NCBI GenBank assembly: GCA_963830365.1
Contig: CAWHMU010000015.1
Location: 1-45,605, forward strand
DNA length: 45,605 nt
Reading direction: 5' to 3'
DNA from: an uncultured Chlamydiae bacterium
Lineage (GTDB): Bacteria > Chlamydiota > Chlamydiia > Chlamydiales > Parachlamydiaceae
Part shown: positions 8,094-17,148 of the stretch, one piece after another
How positions within the stretch are numbered: position 1 is the stretch's first letter
Layout: every line of letters starts with the position of its first letter
Notes under the pieces: model-generated
Database searches by the model: none
Told to the model about the DNA's origin: nothing
Seen by the model: the letters and a program-made list of their open reading frames with translations, nothing else
Position numbers and translations under genes: made by a program

Positions 8094-11000
8094 CTACTTT
8101 TTTGAGTCGGCTACACCAACCTCCATATGGCCGGATTGTGCCTTGGCGACGAAGTCTAGAATTTCCCTTAGCGTTTTCAACTGCGTCATTTTGGAGGTGT
8201 CTTGTCCTTCAAGATCGGGCACCTTTTCCTGCAGCGCCGACAGGATTTCCACGCGTTTGATCGAATCGATGCCGAGGCCGGCTTCAAGTTCGGTATCAAG
8301 TTCCAGCATTTCCTTGGGATAGCCGGTATTTTCGGCCACGATATCAAAAAGCATGTCCTGGAAGTTGACAGTGGCTTTGGCGGCCGGAATCTCTTTCGGT
8401 TTTGTCTGTACCACGGCGGCGGGAGCGACGGGTGGGCGAGGTGTTGGTGGAGCTAACGGTTGTGTGACTGCGCGTTGCATGTCGGCAAATTGTCCGCCCT
8501 GCCGAGACTGTTGTGGCTGCGGCATGACTGGCGACATGGAAGCTGATGCGCGCGCGGGGGCGGCAACTCTTGCCAGCGGCTGAGGTGCCTGTGCCCGTTG
8601 TTGTGCTTGCATTGGTTCTTCCATGGGCATGAAAGGCATTGGTTCGATTTCCCAAGCAGCTGCTTGATAACTGTCATCTAGGTCGATGGCTAGGGTTTGG
8701 CCATCATGATGGTTTGGTGCGCCGGACATATGGCCGATCTCGTGCAGGGCAGTCTGTACGATTTTAAGATAGGCGCGATGGCTTTCTGTCAGAGCCTGTT
8801 GAAATTGCCTTTGGGCGGAAAGGGCATTGGTTTGCAATACCTGCAGGGTGTGCAGCAACGAGCTGTCAGTTCGGCGCATAGGTTGTGGCAATTGAGCAAG
8901 TTCTCTAGTCTGATTTGATGACTGGTTATCAGCATGGGGCTGATTTTGTGATACATGATGGCTTTGTGCACCGGGCAGGTTGACCTGCATTTGGCCTTCA
9001 CCGAAAGATGGAGGAGGACCGAATTTGCGAGTATCTGGTGAATCTGAATGTGCCATGATTGGTGCTCCTTTATCGTTAATTTTTATAGTTTCGATCGTTT
9101 TTTGTATTTGATGATTCGGCGCCGTCTTAGCGGCGGCCCCTTTGGCCGGCGGATAGGGTTTGCCATATAGGGAGCCGTTTAGCTGGATTGTCGCCGGCGA
9201 GCGTTTAATCGACTCGTCGCTGGCTGCAGCGGCGATGCCTTCCCATAAGTGTTTGAAATGCAATTCCACGCCGCTAGCGGCGAGGGTGGCTAAGGCATTC
9301 CAAAGGGACAGCAGGCCGGACTTGCCTTTCTGATCCAGCGAGACGGCGGTGTGGTCTTTATTTTCCAGGCAGTGATGTACCAGGCCAGTTAAGATAGCTT
9401 GTGGACCGAGTTCGACAAATACTCTTACGCCATCGGCATAAAGCTTATCGACTTGTTCCTGGAATCTGACGGACTTGGCCAGCTGGTTGGCCAGCAGCTC
9501 TTTAATCTGTTTTGCCCCTTTAGGATAGATATCGGCGGTAGTATTGGCAAAGACAGGCGTTTTGGCCCCTTTTATAGCGATGGTATCTAAAAAGGCCGCA
9601 AAAGGCTTGACGCTAGCCTGCACAAGTTTTGAATGAAAAGCACTGGCCACCGGCAGGCGCTGGTAGCGTATTTTGTCCTGGCCGAGCTTCTGTTCCAGAG
9701 TTTCGATTTCCTGGACGGCGCCGGAGACGACCTGCTGCTTGGGGGAGTTGAAGTTGGCGATGGCTACATCGATTTTAGCTTCGTCGATGAGCTTTTGAAT
9801 TTGGTCCGCCGGCGCAAACACCGCCGTCATGGCGCCGGGAATCACAGCCGCCTGCTTCATCAGCTCGCCGCGCTTTCTCAGGATGGTCAGCATCTCATGC
9901 TCGTTGGCAATGATGCCGCCGGCAAAAAGGGCCGGAATTTCACCCGAGCTATGCCCTGCCGCATAGTGAAAGTCCATTCCCAAGCTGTTGAGCAGCGAAA
10001 GTTGGGAGAGGGCCACGGCACCGATAGCAGGCTGCGCCCATAGCGTCTCTTTGAGGCGCGCTTCCTGCTTTTGTTTTGACACCTCATCGAAGGCCGAAAT
10101 GGGGAACACGACTTCATGTAACTTTAAGTCGGGATCGAAAGCCAGGTCGGCGGCGCGGTCCCATACTTTGCGGCAGCTGTCGAAGGTCATGGCCAGGTCC
10201 TTGCCCATGCCGCAATACTGGCTGCCCTGGCCGGCAAACAGCAGGGCGACTTTTGGCTGCTGCAGGCCCACACCATAATGTGCTTCATTCTGCATGGAGA
10301 AGGGAGTTTCCTCATGCTCTTTGATGCGCTGCAGGTGCAGGGCCAAGCGCTTTTTAGCTTCATCTTTGTCTTTGGCAAGCACGGCCAGGCGGTGCTTGTG
10401 TCTGACTGAAAACTGCTGCTGACTGTCTTTGGCAATTTGCATTAGAGGGGCTTTGTCAAGCTGTGCAATCAGCGCATTTCCCAGTTCAAGCAGTTCTTTT
10501 CCATTGTCTGCCGCCAGCAGCAGCAGATGGTCTTCGCCAATGTAGTATTTTAAGGGCTGATTTGCGCCGCGGTATTCTTCGACACACACATGGAAATCGG
10601 TGCCGCCAAAGCCGAAAGCGCTCACTCCCGCTTTGCGGGTGGAAGCCTCGCTATGGATCCAGGGTTTGCTTTGCGTATTCAGATAGAGGGGGCTCTCTTG
10701 GAAATTCATCTTCGGATTTGGCCGGTCCACTTTGATGATGCCAGGCAGCACTTTGTGGTGCAGCGACATCACCGCTTTGAATAGTCCGGCTGCCCCGGCT
10801 GAGGCTTTGGTATGACCAACTTGCGCCTTGACACTTCCCAAGGCGCACAGCTGCATTTTGGACGGTTTGCTCTCTAAAAAGACTTTGCTTAGGGCCTGGA
10901 ATTCCACCATGTCGCCGACAGAGGTGCCGGTGCCATGCGCTTCGACCATCTCGACTTCATTGAGTCCGTAACCGGCCTTGTCATAGGCGCGGCGCAGGGT

Positions 11001-11999
11001 GAGTTCCTGTCCTTGCGCCATCGGCGCATAGACGCTCATCCCCTTGCCATCCGAAGCGCTGCCGATGGAGCGGATGATGGCAAAGATTTGGTCTCCATCC
11101 CTTTCGGCATCTTCGAGCCGGCGCAGGGCGAAGAGGGCGATGCCCTCTCCCAGCATGGTGCCGTCGGCTTTATCGGAAAAGGGGCGGCAATCACCCTCTT
11201 TTGAAAGGGCCCCTGTCTTTGAAAAGCAGGAAAACATGAACGGGTCGTTAAGGGAATCTACACCGCCGGTGATGGCCAGGTCGGCTTCGCCGGTTTCAAG
11301 TTCCATGATCGCCATCTTGATGGCGGCTAGGCCGCCGGCACAGGCGGCATCGACGATGCAGTTGGTGCCTTTTAAATCGAAGCGGTTGGCGATGCGGCCG
11401 GCAATGACGTTGCCTAGACAGCCGGGGAAGGTATCTTCGGTCCATTTGGGGTATGTCTCCATGATGCGATGGCGGATGGCGGCGATCTGTGTTTCGCTTA
11501 AGCCTTCTTTGCGCATGCCTTCTTCCCAGTGGGGCCAGCCGAGCATGCCACTCATTTCTGCCGTCAATGTTGTCGGACCGGCAGCCCCAAGGATGACGCT
11601 GATTCTTTCTTTTGACACCTTCTGATCTCTAACTGAGAGCGTTTCGGCGAGCAGCTGTTTGGCGACGACCAAGGACAGCAGCTGGGCGGAGTCGGTGGCT
11701 GAAATGGTGTTTGGCGGAATGCCGAACTCCATCGGGTCGAAGGGCAGGGCCGAGATGAAGGAGCCACGCTTGGTGTTGATCTTGCCGGGCTTGCTGCGGT
11801 CGTCATCGTAAAAGTCTTCTGTCAGCCAGTGGCTGGAAGGTACTTCAGTAATGAGGTCTTTGCCGTTGACGATGTTCTGCCAGAAAGCGGCCGATCCTTT
11901 GGACTGCGCAAATAGCGCGCCGGTGGCTACAATGGCGATGGGAGTATGCATTTTCGAAGATTGTCTTTCGGATTTGCTGTCTTTTGTTTTAGCTGGCAT
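8094..11999 (-). CDS. pfaA: PfaA N-terminal half: KS-MAT-linker-single ACP
   Basis: KS motifs DAACAGG, EAHGTGT and GHTKASAG; MAT motifs GQGSQY, GHSSGE and AFHS; one ACP with LGIDSIKRVEIL. Confidence 0.93.
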   Translation of the reverse strand: MPAKTKDSKSERQSSKMHTPIAIVATGALFAQSKGSAAFWQNIVNGKDLITEVPSSHWLTEDFYDDDRSKPGKINTKRGSFISALPFDPMEFGIPPNTISATDSAQLLSLVVAKQLLAETLSVRDQKVSKERISVILGAAGPTTLTAEMSGMLGWPHWEEGMRKEGLSETQIAAIRHRIMETYPKWTEDTFPGCLGNVIAGRIANRFDLKGTNCIVDAACAGGLAAIKMAIMELETGEADLAITGGVDSLNDPFMFSCFSKTGALSKEGDCRPFSDKADGTMLGEGIALFALRRLEDAERDGDQIFAIIRSIGSASDGKGMSVYAPMAQGQELTLRRAYDKAGYGLNEVEMVEAHGTGTSVGDMVEFQALSKVFLESKPSKMQLCALGSVKAQVGHTKASAGAAGLFKAVMSLHHKVLPGIIKVDRPNPKMNFQESPLYLNTQSKPWIHSEASTRKAGVSAFGFGGTDFHVCVEEYRGANQPLKYYIGEDHLLLLAADNGKELLELGNALIAQLDKAPLMQIAKDSQQQFSVRHKHRLAVLAKDKDEAKKRLALHLQRIKEHEETPFSMQNEAHYGVGLQQPKVALLFAGQGSQYCGMGKDLAMTFDSCRKVWDRAADLAFDPDLKLHEVVFPISAFDEVSKQKQEARLKETLWAQPAIGAVALSQLSLLNSLGMDFHYAAGHSSGEIPALFAGGIIANEHEMLTILRKRGELMKQAAVIPGAMTAVFAPADQIQKLIDEAKIDVAIANFNSPKQQVVSGAVQEIETLEQKLGQDKIRYQRLPVASAFHSKLVQASVKPFAAFLDTIAIKGAKTPVFANTTADIYPKGAKQIKELLANQLAKSVRFQEQVDKLYADGVRVFVELGPQAILTGLVHHCLENKDHTAVSLDQKGKSGLLSLWNALATLAASGVELHFKHLWEGIAAAASDESIKRSPATIQLNGSLYGKPYPPAKGAAAKTAPNHQIQKTIETIKINDKGAPIMAHSDSPDTRKFGPPPSFGEGQMQVNLPGAQSHHVSQNQPHADNQSSNQTRELAQLPQPMRRTDSSLLHTLQVLQTNALSAQRQFQQALTESHRAYLKIVQTALHEIGHMSGAPNHHDGQTLAIDLDDSYQAAAWEIEPMPFMPMEEPMQAQQRAQAPQPLARVAAPARASASMSPVMPQPQQSRQGGQFADMQRAVTQPLAPPTPRPPVAPAAVVQTKPKEIPAAKATVNFQDMLFDIVAENTGYPKEMLELDTELEAGLGIDSIKRVEILSALQEKVPDLEGQDTSKMTQLKTLREILDFVAKAQSGHMEVGVADSKK
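8097..8103 (-). other. Candidate -1 ribosomal frameshift heptamer A_AAA_AAG
   Basis: Minus strand reads TCA AAA AAG TAG. The heptamer is in X_XXY_YYZ phase and the -1 frame is the KR-DH ORF. Confidence 0.6.
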
Positions 12000-12028
12000 G
12001 CGACCCCAATAATGTATAGTTTAAATCT

Positions 12029-13666
12029 TTATAGTTCAAATTTGCGCGGGAAGTAGCAAAAGGCTGCATTCGGCACTTTTATCCCGTAGGTGCGCACTTG
12101 GTGCGCGCGCGTGATTTGGGCGGCTCCGTCGATCAGATTCAAGGCTACCTGCTTGATGTGGCGGCTGTCGGCTTTTTCCAGGAATGAGCCGGCCACCCAG
12201 CGGTTGAAAGACCCCATGGCAGGTCCGCACCAGATCTGGTAGTCGAGGCGCCTGTCGGCATCGCCTTTGAGTGGCCAGCGGCTGGAGTTGCCGAGGTACC
12301 AGCGGAAGACTAGCGCCATGCGGTGCTTTGGATTTATGTCAGCTTCGGCAATCTGCTTGGGGTCTATTTCTTCGAAATAGCGCACGGTCTCTTGCCAGAT
12401 CTCATCCAGCGAGGCGCGAAAAATATTCTTTTCGATATTTTGTCTTATCGATGCCGGAATCTCTTCCAGCGAGTTGTAGCGGGAATAAATATCATAAAGC
12501 TCGTTGCCCCGCATCGGCATCAGGATGCCTTTTTTAAGCACCTGGACCTTAACGCCCATTTCAAACATGTCGGCGGAGGCTGTCATGGCTACGTCGGCAA
12601 TACCGGCCTGGGCCAAAAGCGCCCTGCCATCGGCGGAAAGGCCGGATTCGCAGCATCCTTGATGGACAGAACCCAGCAGCACATAAGCGGCCCCTAGCGC
12701 GAAGGCGGCGGCAATGGCCTCCGGCGTGCCCAAACTGCCGGCGGCGCCGATGCGAATTTGGCGATCGTAATTATAGTGGGCGGCAAGCTGATCGCGCAGG
12801 CGTACGATGGCGGGGAAGAGGGCATTCAAGGGCCTGTTGTCGGTATGGCCGCCGGAATCGGACTCCACGGTGATATCTTCTGCGAGCGGTACCTGGCGGG
12901 CCATTTCGAATTGTTCGCTTGTGATCTGACCTTTATTGTATAGGACCTCCAGGATCTTTTCGGGAGCTGGCGAAAGGAAATGGCGGGCGACTTCTTCGCG
13001 CGAGATTTTGGCAAAGATGTGTGTCTGGCGGCAAATTTTCCCTGTCTGGTCTCGGTAAAGGCCGGCCACGCTATAACGCACGACGCTTGGTGTCAGGTTC
13101 ATAAAGGCCGAAGTTTCTACGCGTGCTACCCCGTGCTTAAGATAAAGCTCAGTGATAGCCTCTTCCAAGCCTGGCTGCTGGGGAGAATGGATCAAATTCG
13201 CTCCCCACACCAGTCCATCGCCTTGCAGGGCGGCCTTTATCGAAAGGATCTCTTTTTCCACCCTTTGGGGGGAGAGGCCGGCGGCGCCGAAGAAGCCGAG
13301 CATGCCGACCTGGGCCAATTCAATCACAGTCTGGGCGGAGGCGATGCCGCGCGCCATTGATCCGCCAACGTAATTGAAGCGGGTGTGATGGGTTGATTGG
13401 AAGGTTGGGTCGCCCAGCCATTCAGGATACAGCGGCGGCAGTACAGCCACCAGTGGTAAGGCGTTGTGATGAGGCTCAAAAAGTACTTCTCCAAATGCAG
13501 GCTGACCACCGACTCTAAGTGCCAGGCGGTGGCGGTGGGCGTCAAAGACTAGATAGAGGGTACGCCTGAAATCGCATAGCATGGCCAGTTCGTCATCATT
13601 GACACTTTCAGTCGTATACGACGTTGCATGCGTGGGGGTCCAATAGCCGATGGCATTTAGTGTCAT
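12029..13666 (-). CDS. pfaD: PfaD-family enoyl-ACP reductase (FMN-dependent)
   Basis: GGSMARGIAS, ESDSGGHTDNRP, ADMFEMGVKVQVLKKG and DYQIWCGPAMG motifs; first gene of the cluster. Confidence 0.95.
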   Translation of the reverse strand: MTLNAIGYWTPTHATSYTTESVNDDELAMLCDFRRTLYLVFDAHRHRLALRVGGQPAFGEVLFEPHHNALPLVAVLPPLYPEWLGDPTFQSTHHTRFNYVGGSMARGIASAQTVIELAQVGMLGFFGAAGLSPQRVEKEILSIKAALQGDGLVWGANLIHSPQQPGLEEAITELYLKHGVARVETSAFMNLTPSVVRYSVAGLYRDQTGKICRQTHIFAKISREEVARHFLSPAPEKILEVLYNKGQITSEQFEMARQVPLAEDITVESDSGGHTDNRPLNALFPAIVRLRDQLAAHYNYDRQIRIGAAGSLGTPEAIAAAFALGAAYVLLGSVHQGCCESGLSADGRALLAQAGIADVAMTASADMFEMGVKVQVLKKGILMPMRGNELYDIYSRYNSLEEIPASIRQNIEKNIFRASLDEIWQETVRYFEEIDPKQIAEADINPKHRMALVFRWYLGNSSRWPLKGDADRRLDYQIWCGPAMGSFNRWVAGSFLEKADSRHIKQVALNLIDGAAQITRAHQVRTYGIKVPNAAFCYFPRKFEL

Positions 13667-13775
13667 TTCAATCGTCCGGGTGAAGCAAAGACCTTGCTTG
13701 TTGAAAACCGTGAAACGTAATGAAAAACAAATTATATTTCAAGTTTGCTTTATAATTAAAAAAAAATAGTTAGCT

Positions 13776-13797
13776 AAAAACTGGCGATTGCCGCCAG
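13776..13797 (-). terminator. Hairpin plus U-tract upstream of pfaD
   Basis: Minus strand CTGGCG-gcaat-CGCCAG-TTTTT. Confidence 0.45.
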
Positions 13798-13870
13798 CTA
13801 AGGACGTAACCTCTCATGGATTAAGTTGTGTGAGAGAGAAGATAATTTAGTTGGCGTTATATGATATTTG

Positions 13871-13920
13871 CACCACAGAGGCATAGAGACACAGAGACAC
13901 AGAGAAGCTGAGAAGCAGAG
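13871..13920 (+). repeat. CACAGAG-type short-period repeat
   Basis: caccacagaggcatagagacacagagacacagagaag; a degenerate inverted copy lies at about 14364-14387 and related copies at 14443-14507, 17281-17392 and 17693-17712. Confidence 0.75.
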
Positions 13921-13943
13921 AGTAGTATGCCATATCCTTGTAG

Positions 13944-14156
13944 GCCAGGAAACATCTTTTTCTCTCATTTTGTAGCCCACACAAAGACTCGCCAGCGAAG
14001 CGTAGACGAGTCGCAGGTGTGGGAAACAATTGTAAGAGATCAACCAGTCCCTAGTTAGTTTCTAATTCCCACGATTCCCACACCTGTGGCTCCGTTCCTT
14101 CGCCTTAGTGTGGGCTACAAAATGAGAGGAAAAGGGCAAAAAAGATGTTTCCTGGC
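13944..14156. repeat. GTAG-tagged REP-like inverted pair
   Basis: gccaggaaacatctttt..ctctcattttGTAGcccacac pairs with gtgtgggCTACaaaatgagag..aaaagatgtttcctggc; inner caggtgtgggaa pairs with ttcccacacctg. Confidence 0.75.
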
Positions 14157-14395
14157 GATCCTAACTATCCTGCTTTTTCCGTTAGTGTTACCTACAATTC
14201 TTTTTTTTGAAAACCATGCCGAAAAAGGGGCAAAAATGAGGATTTTGTGGTCGTTTATACATTGTAAAATAAGACCTGGAAGATATTGGTAAGGCCTCTT
14301 TTAAGTTTAATATATTCATAATAAAAGCGTTATGTATTTGTTTATTGAAGTTTATCCTCTTCACGGTATCTCGGTGTCTCGGTGGTGAAAAATTC

Positions 14396-14538
14396 GGCTA
14401 TGTTCACCTTCACAGGAAAACTTTCGGTCATGTGATCCTATTCTCTCCGTGTTCTCTGTGCCTCTGTGTTTCAAAAAATCAAACACAGAGGCACAGAGAG
14501 CACGGAGCAAGAAATTGACCGGTTAGGTGAACAACGCC
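14396..14538. mobile_element. 143-bp MITE with IS1595-like ends and 8-bp target-site duplication
   Basis: Ends GGCTATGTTCACCT / AGGTGAACAACGCC, flanked by AAAAATTC at 14388-14395 and 14539-14546. Contains a CACAGAG palindrome. Confidence 0.8.
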
Positions 14539-14608
14539 AAAAATTCTGCCATTACCTCCTCCATAAGTGGCTTGAGAGAGGGCTAAGTCTTGCCGGTTTT
14601 TGAAAGGC

Positions 14609-15802
14609 TTATGGCAACTGCTGGTTGAAGTTGGCTAACAGCAGCGCATATGCCAGGAAGGGATCGCGCATATTTACCCGTGTCGGTTCACCATTAAGTG
14701 CAACTTCGATATATCCCTGCTTGAAGCCTTGCGCCAACTCGTCGTAGCTGAAGGCGTATTTGCCTTTGATGGCTTCTGTCTTGTCATGGCGAGTTTCCAT
14801 TTCAGCGGTCACTTTGCCCATGAAAATGGGCACGATGGACGCTACCAGGCCGGAGTCGGGGGTGATGGAACCTAAAGTCAGCAGGTGGTTGGTGAGATAG
14901 CCTGTCTCTTCCAGCATCTCTCTTCTAGCCGTATCTTCGGAGGTCTCATTGGTTTTGGAGGTTCCTCGTGGCATCTCGAATTCCCATGAACCGGTGGCAT
15001 GGCGGAAGGCCAGTTGCACTACGATCTTTTGGTCGATGCCATTGGGCGAGATGATGATCGGCATGGTAGCGGCACCGCCCACCCTTTCAAGGTCCGACTT
15101 CCAAACCATGCGGTTATAGGTGTGTTTGACATGCTGAGGGGAGATGACGACATCACGGATCCAGATCCAAAAGCGATCCTCAGCCACCACACCGGGACGA
15201 CTGAAATTGACCGCCATTTCATGGGCTTTGGCGGGAGATAGGCCTTGGGAGAGTTGTTGATTATAGAGTCTATGATAGCTCTCTTGCTGTACGGCTTTGA
15301 TCTCTTGAGGATCATAGATGATCTGATAGGTGCCTTTAGTGTAGTCGTTAAGGTCCCCCTCGCGCTTCAATTTCGGATAGCGCGTTAACAGCTCAAGATA
15401 GCGGTTCAACGCTTTGTCATCGGCGATTTCATCGGCCGATTTAGCTTCGAAAGCGGGATCTAGTGGCATGCCTGCGACATTGGGCAAACTAATTTGCAGT
15501 CCGGCCTGATTAAACGTGCGATTCCAAACGGCTATGGTCTTTAGGTGGGTGTTGTAACGCTCGGCGGCCAATGGGGCGCAGTCGGCAGGGGTTGTCTCTT
15601 TAAGATCGCAAGCTTTTAGTTTTAAGTGTATGGCATTGATGAATGAGATTTTTTCGCGCAGGGCGACCAGCTCGTGGCTGGGAAGTCCTTTAAGGGGTCT
15701 CCAGCTGGATTTCGTAGCAGAGGCTTTGTCGGCGATGTGTTCCAAGTGACGGGCATAGGTGACATACTCGAACTGTGAGATCGGTTGGATGGGCATTTGC
15801 AT
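14609..15802 (-). CDS. NUDIX hydrolase with long N-terminal extension
   Basis: Nudix box GTSKTNETSEDTARREMLEETG preceded by WEFEMPR; resembles ADP-ribose pyrophosphatases. Confidence 0.85.
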   Translation of the reverse strand: MQMPIQPISQFEYVTYARHLEHIADKASATKSSWRPLKGLPSHELVALREKISFINAIHLKLKACDLKETTPADCAPLAAERYNTHLKTIAVWNRTFNQAGLQISLPNVAGMPLDPAFEAKSADEIADDKALNRYLELLTRYPKLKREGDLNDYTKGTYQIIYDPQEIKAVQQESYHRLYNQQLSQGLSPAKAHEMAVNFSRPGVVAEDRFWIWIRDVVISPQHVKHTYNRMVWKSDLERVGGAATMPIIISPNGIDQKIVVQLAFRHATGSWEFEMPRGTSKTNETSEDTARREMLEETGYLTNHLLTLGSITPDSGLVASIVPIFMGKVTAEMETRHDKTEAIKGKYAFSYDELAQGFKQGYIEVALNGEPTRVNMRDPFLAYALLLANFNQQLP

Positions 15803-15913
15803 GATTTTTCTCCAAAGTGAAATATATTATGGGAGGTGTGTTTTTTCATTTTGGCAAGAAGTATAGAGAAACATGAAATTGATTTCCATAACTCTTAGGT
15901 CAAAAACTCGCAG

Positions 15914-16972
15914 CTATTTGCAGCAGGGGAGGGCATGGCGCCAGCCGCACAGCATTTCTACGGCGGTATGGCCGGTGAAATATTTGAGGCGGAGGCTTAT
16001 CTGCTTTAAATTTTCTATGGTAGCTGCTGCGTCATGCCGGGAGGCAAAATTCCAAGGCTTAAAGCAGGGGGCGACATAATGCTTTTTAGGCAGGGGGAGA
16101 TCCTCCTGCTGCCGGTTGAGGCAGCGCTCGAAATAGCCATACAGGCGGCGTCCATCGAGCGGCTTAAAGAGGCCATAAAGGGCAGAAAAAGTCCCCATCA
16201 GGGCATAAAGCGGCGCGCGGAAGATGTCGGCCACAGCCTGGCCGATTTTGCGCAGCTGCTCTTGGGTTTTTTGTCTGTTTTGTATTAGCGTTAAAGGCAA
16301 CGCGAGAGTCCGGAAGACGGCCATGGCGGCGTGATAGATGGTGCGCAGGGTTGTATCGATCCATGTCCTGGGGATGAGTAAAAAGCATTTGGCGCGCAGC
16401 AGGTTTTTGGAGTCGTGGTTGTAGATATAGCCGGTCTGGCAATCCCAAGGCAAATGGATGGTTTTGGCGCGCCAGGTGAAGGCGGCCACGCCCCAGCGGT
16501 CCGGGCCTTTTTCGAAGGTGAGTTTTGGCTTTTCCTCAGGGAATGCGATTTCGATGTTTTCAGGCAGGGCCTGGTTTCCTATTTGAGAGTGGTTGATTTT
16601 CAATAATGACAGGGTCTCTATCAGGTGTATTTTGTGATTTTGCAAAAGGGCTAGAAACCACGCTTTGCTGTCGTCGGCGCTGAGATCGATCGTGCCGTAA
16701 TTTGGATCGAAGAGGTGGATCTTGCCTTGCTCGTCTTTGAGCAGAGTCACGGCATATTGGGTTAAGGGGATGAGATATTCGCCGGCGACAAGTTCGTTTT
16801 CTAGATAGGGCAGAATTTCATGTAGTGGATAGTGCAGCGTCAGTTCTTTTGAAAAGGCCAGCGCCGCCGGTTCGGCAGGGGTTTGGGCAGGCATGGTTGC
16901 AGATGAGTGGGTGCTGTCAACGTTTAAGTAAGTCCAAGGGAGGGTTCGGCTGCAGTTCGATGTGTGAAGCAT
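15914..16972 (-). CDS. Hypothetical protein with hydrophobic C-terminal helices
   Basis: 352-aa ORF co-oriented with its neighbours; contains HLFDPNYG and two hydrophobic stretches. Confidence 0.75.
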   Translation of the reverse strand: MLHTSNCSRTLPWTYLNVDSTHSSATMPAQTPAEPAALAFSKELTLHYPLHEILPYLENELVAGEYLIPLTQYAVTLLKDEQGKIHLFDPNYGTIDLSADDSKAWFLALLQNHKIHLIETLSLLKINHSQIGNQALPENIEIAFPEEKPKLTFEKGPDRWGVAAFTWRAKTIHLPWDCQTGYIYNHDSKNLLRAKCFLLIPRTWIDTTLRTIYHAAMAVFRTLALPLTLIQNRQKTQEQLRKIGQAVADIFRAPLYALMGTFSALYGLFKPLDGRRLYGYFERCLNRQQEDLPLPKKHYVAPCFKPWNFASRHDAAATIENLKQISLRLKYFTGHTAVEMLCGWRHALPCCK

Positions 16973-17148
16973 CTATCGTCCTGTTTTTGTTAACTGGTTA
17001 ATTGATGGTTAGTGAGGTATCATATCATAGATAGTAATGTAAATACATTGAATTTATTGACTTTGATTTGTTCGGTTTCGTTTTTTTTGCGTCTTCGCGT
17101 CTCTCCTCAGGCAAGGTCTTTTGATTACAAAGATTTGATAGGCCATGC

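Noticed and set aside
201..13545. Many short plus-strand and off-frame ORFs over the pfa genes
   Set aside because: They are shadows of long motif-bearing minus-strand genes and have no recognisable motifs.
13798..14292. 60-81 aa ORFs in the intergenic region
   Set aside because: They are translations of palindromic repeats; the same peptide (VGYKMR) appears on both strands.
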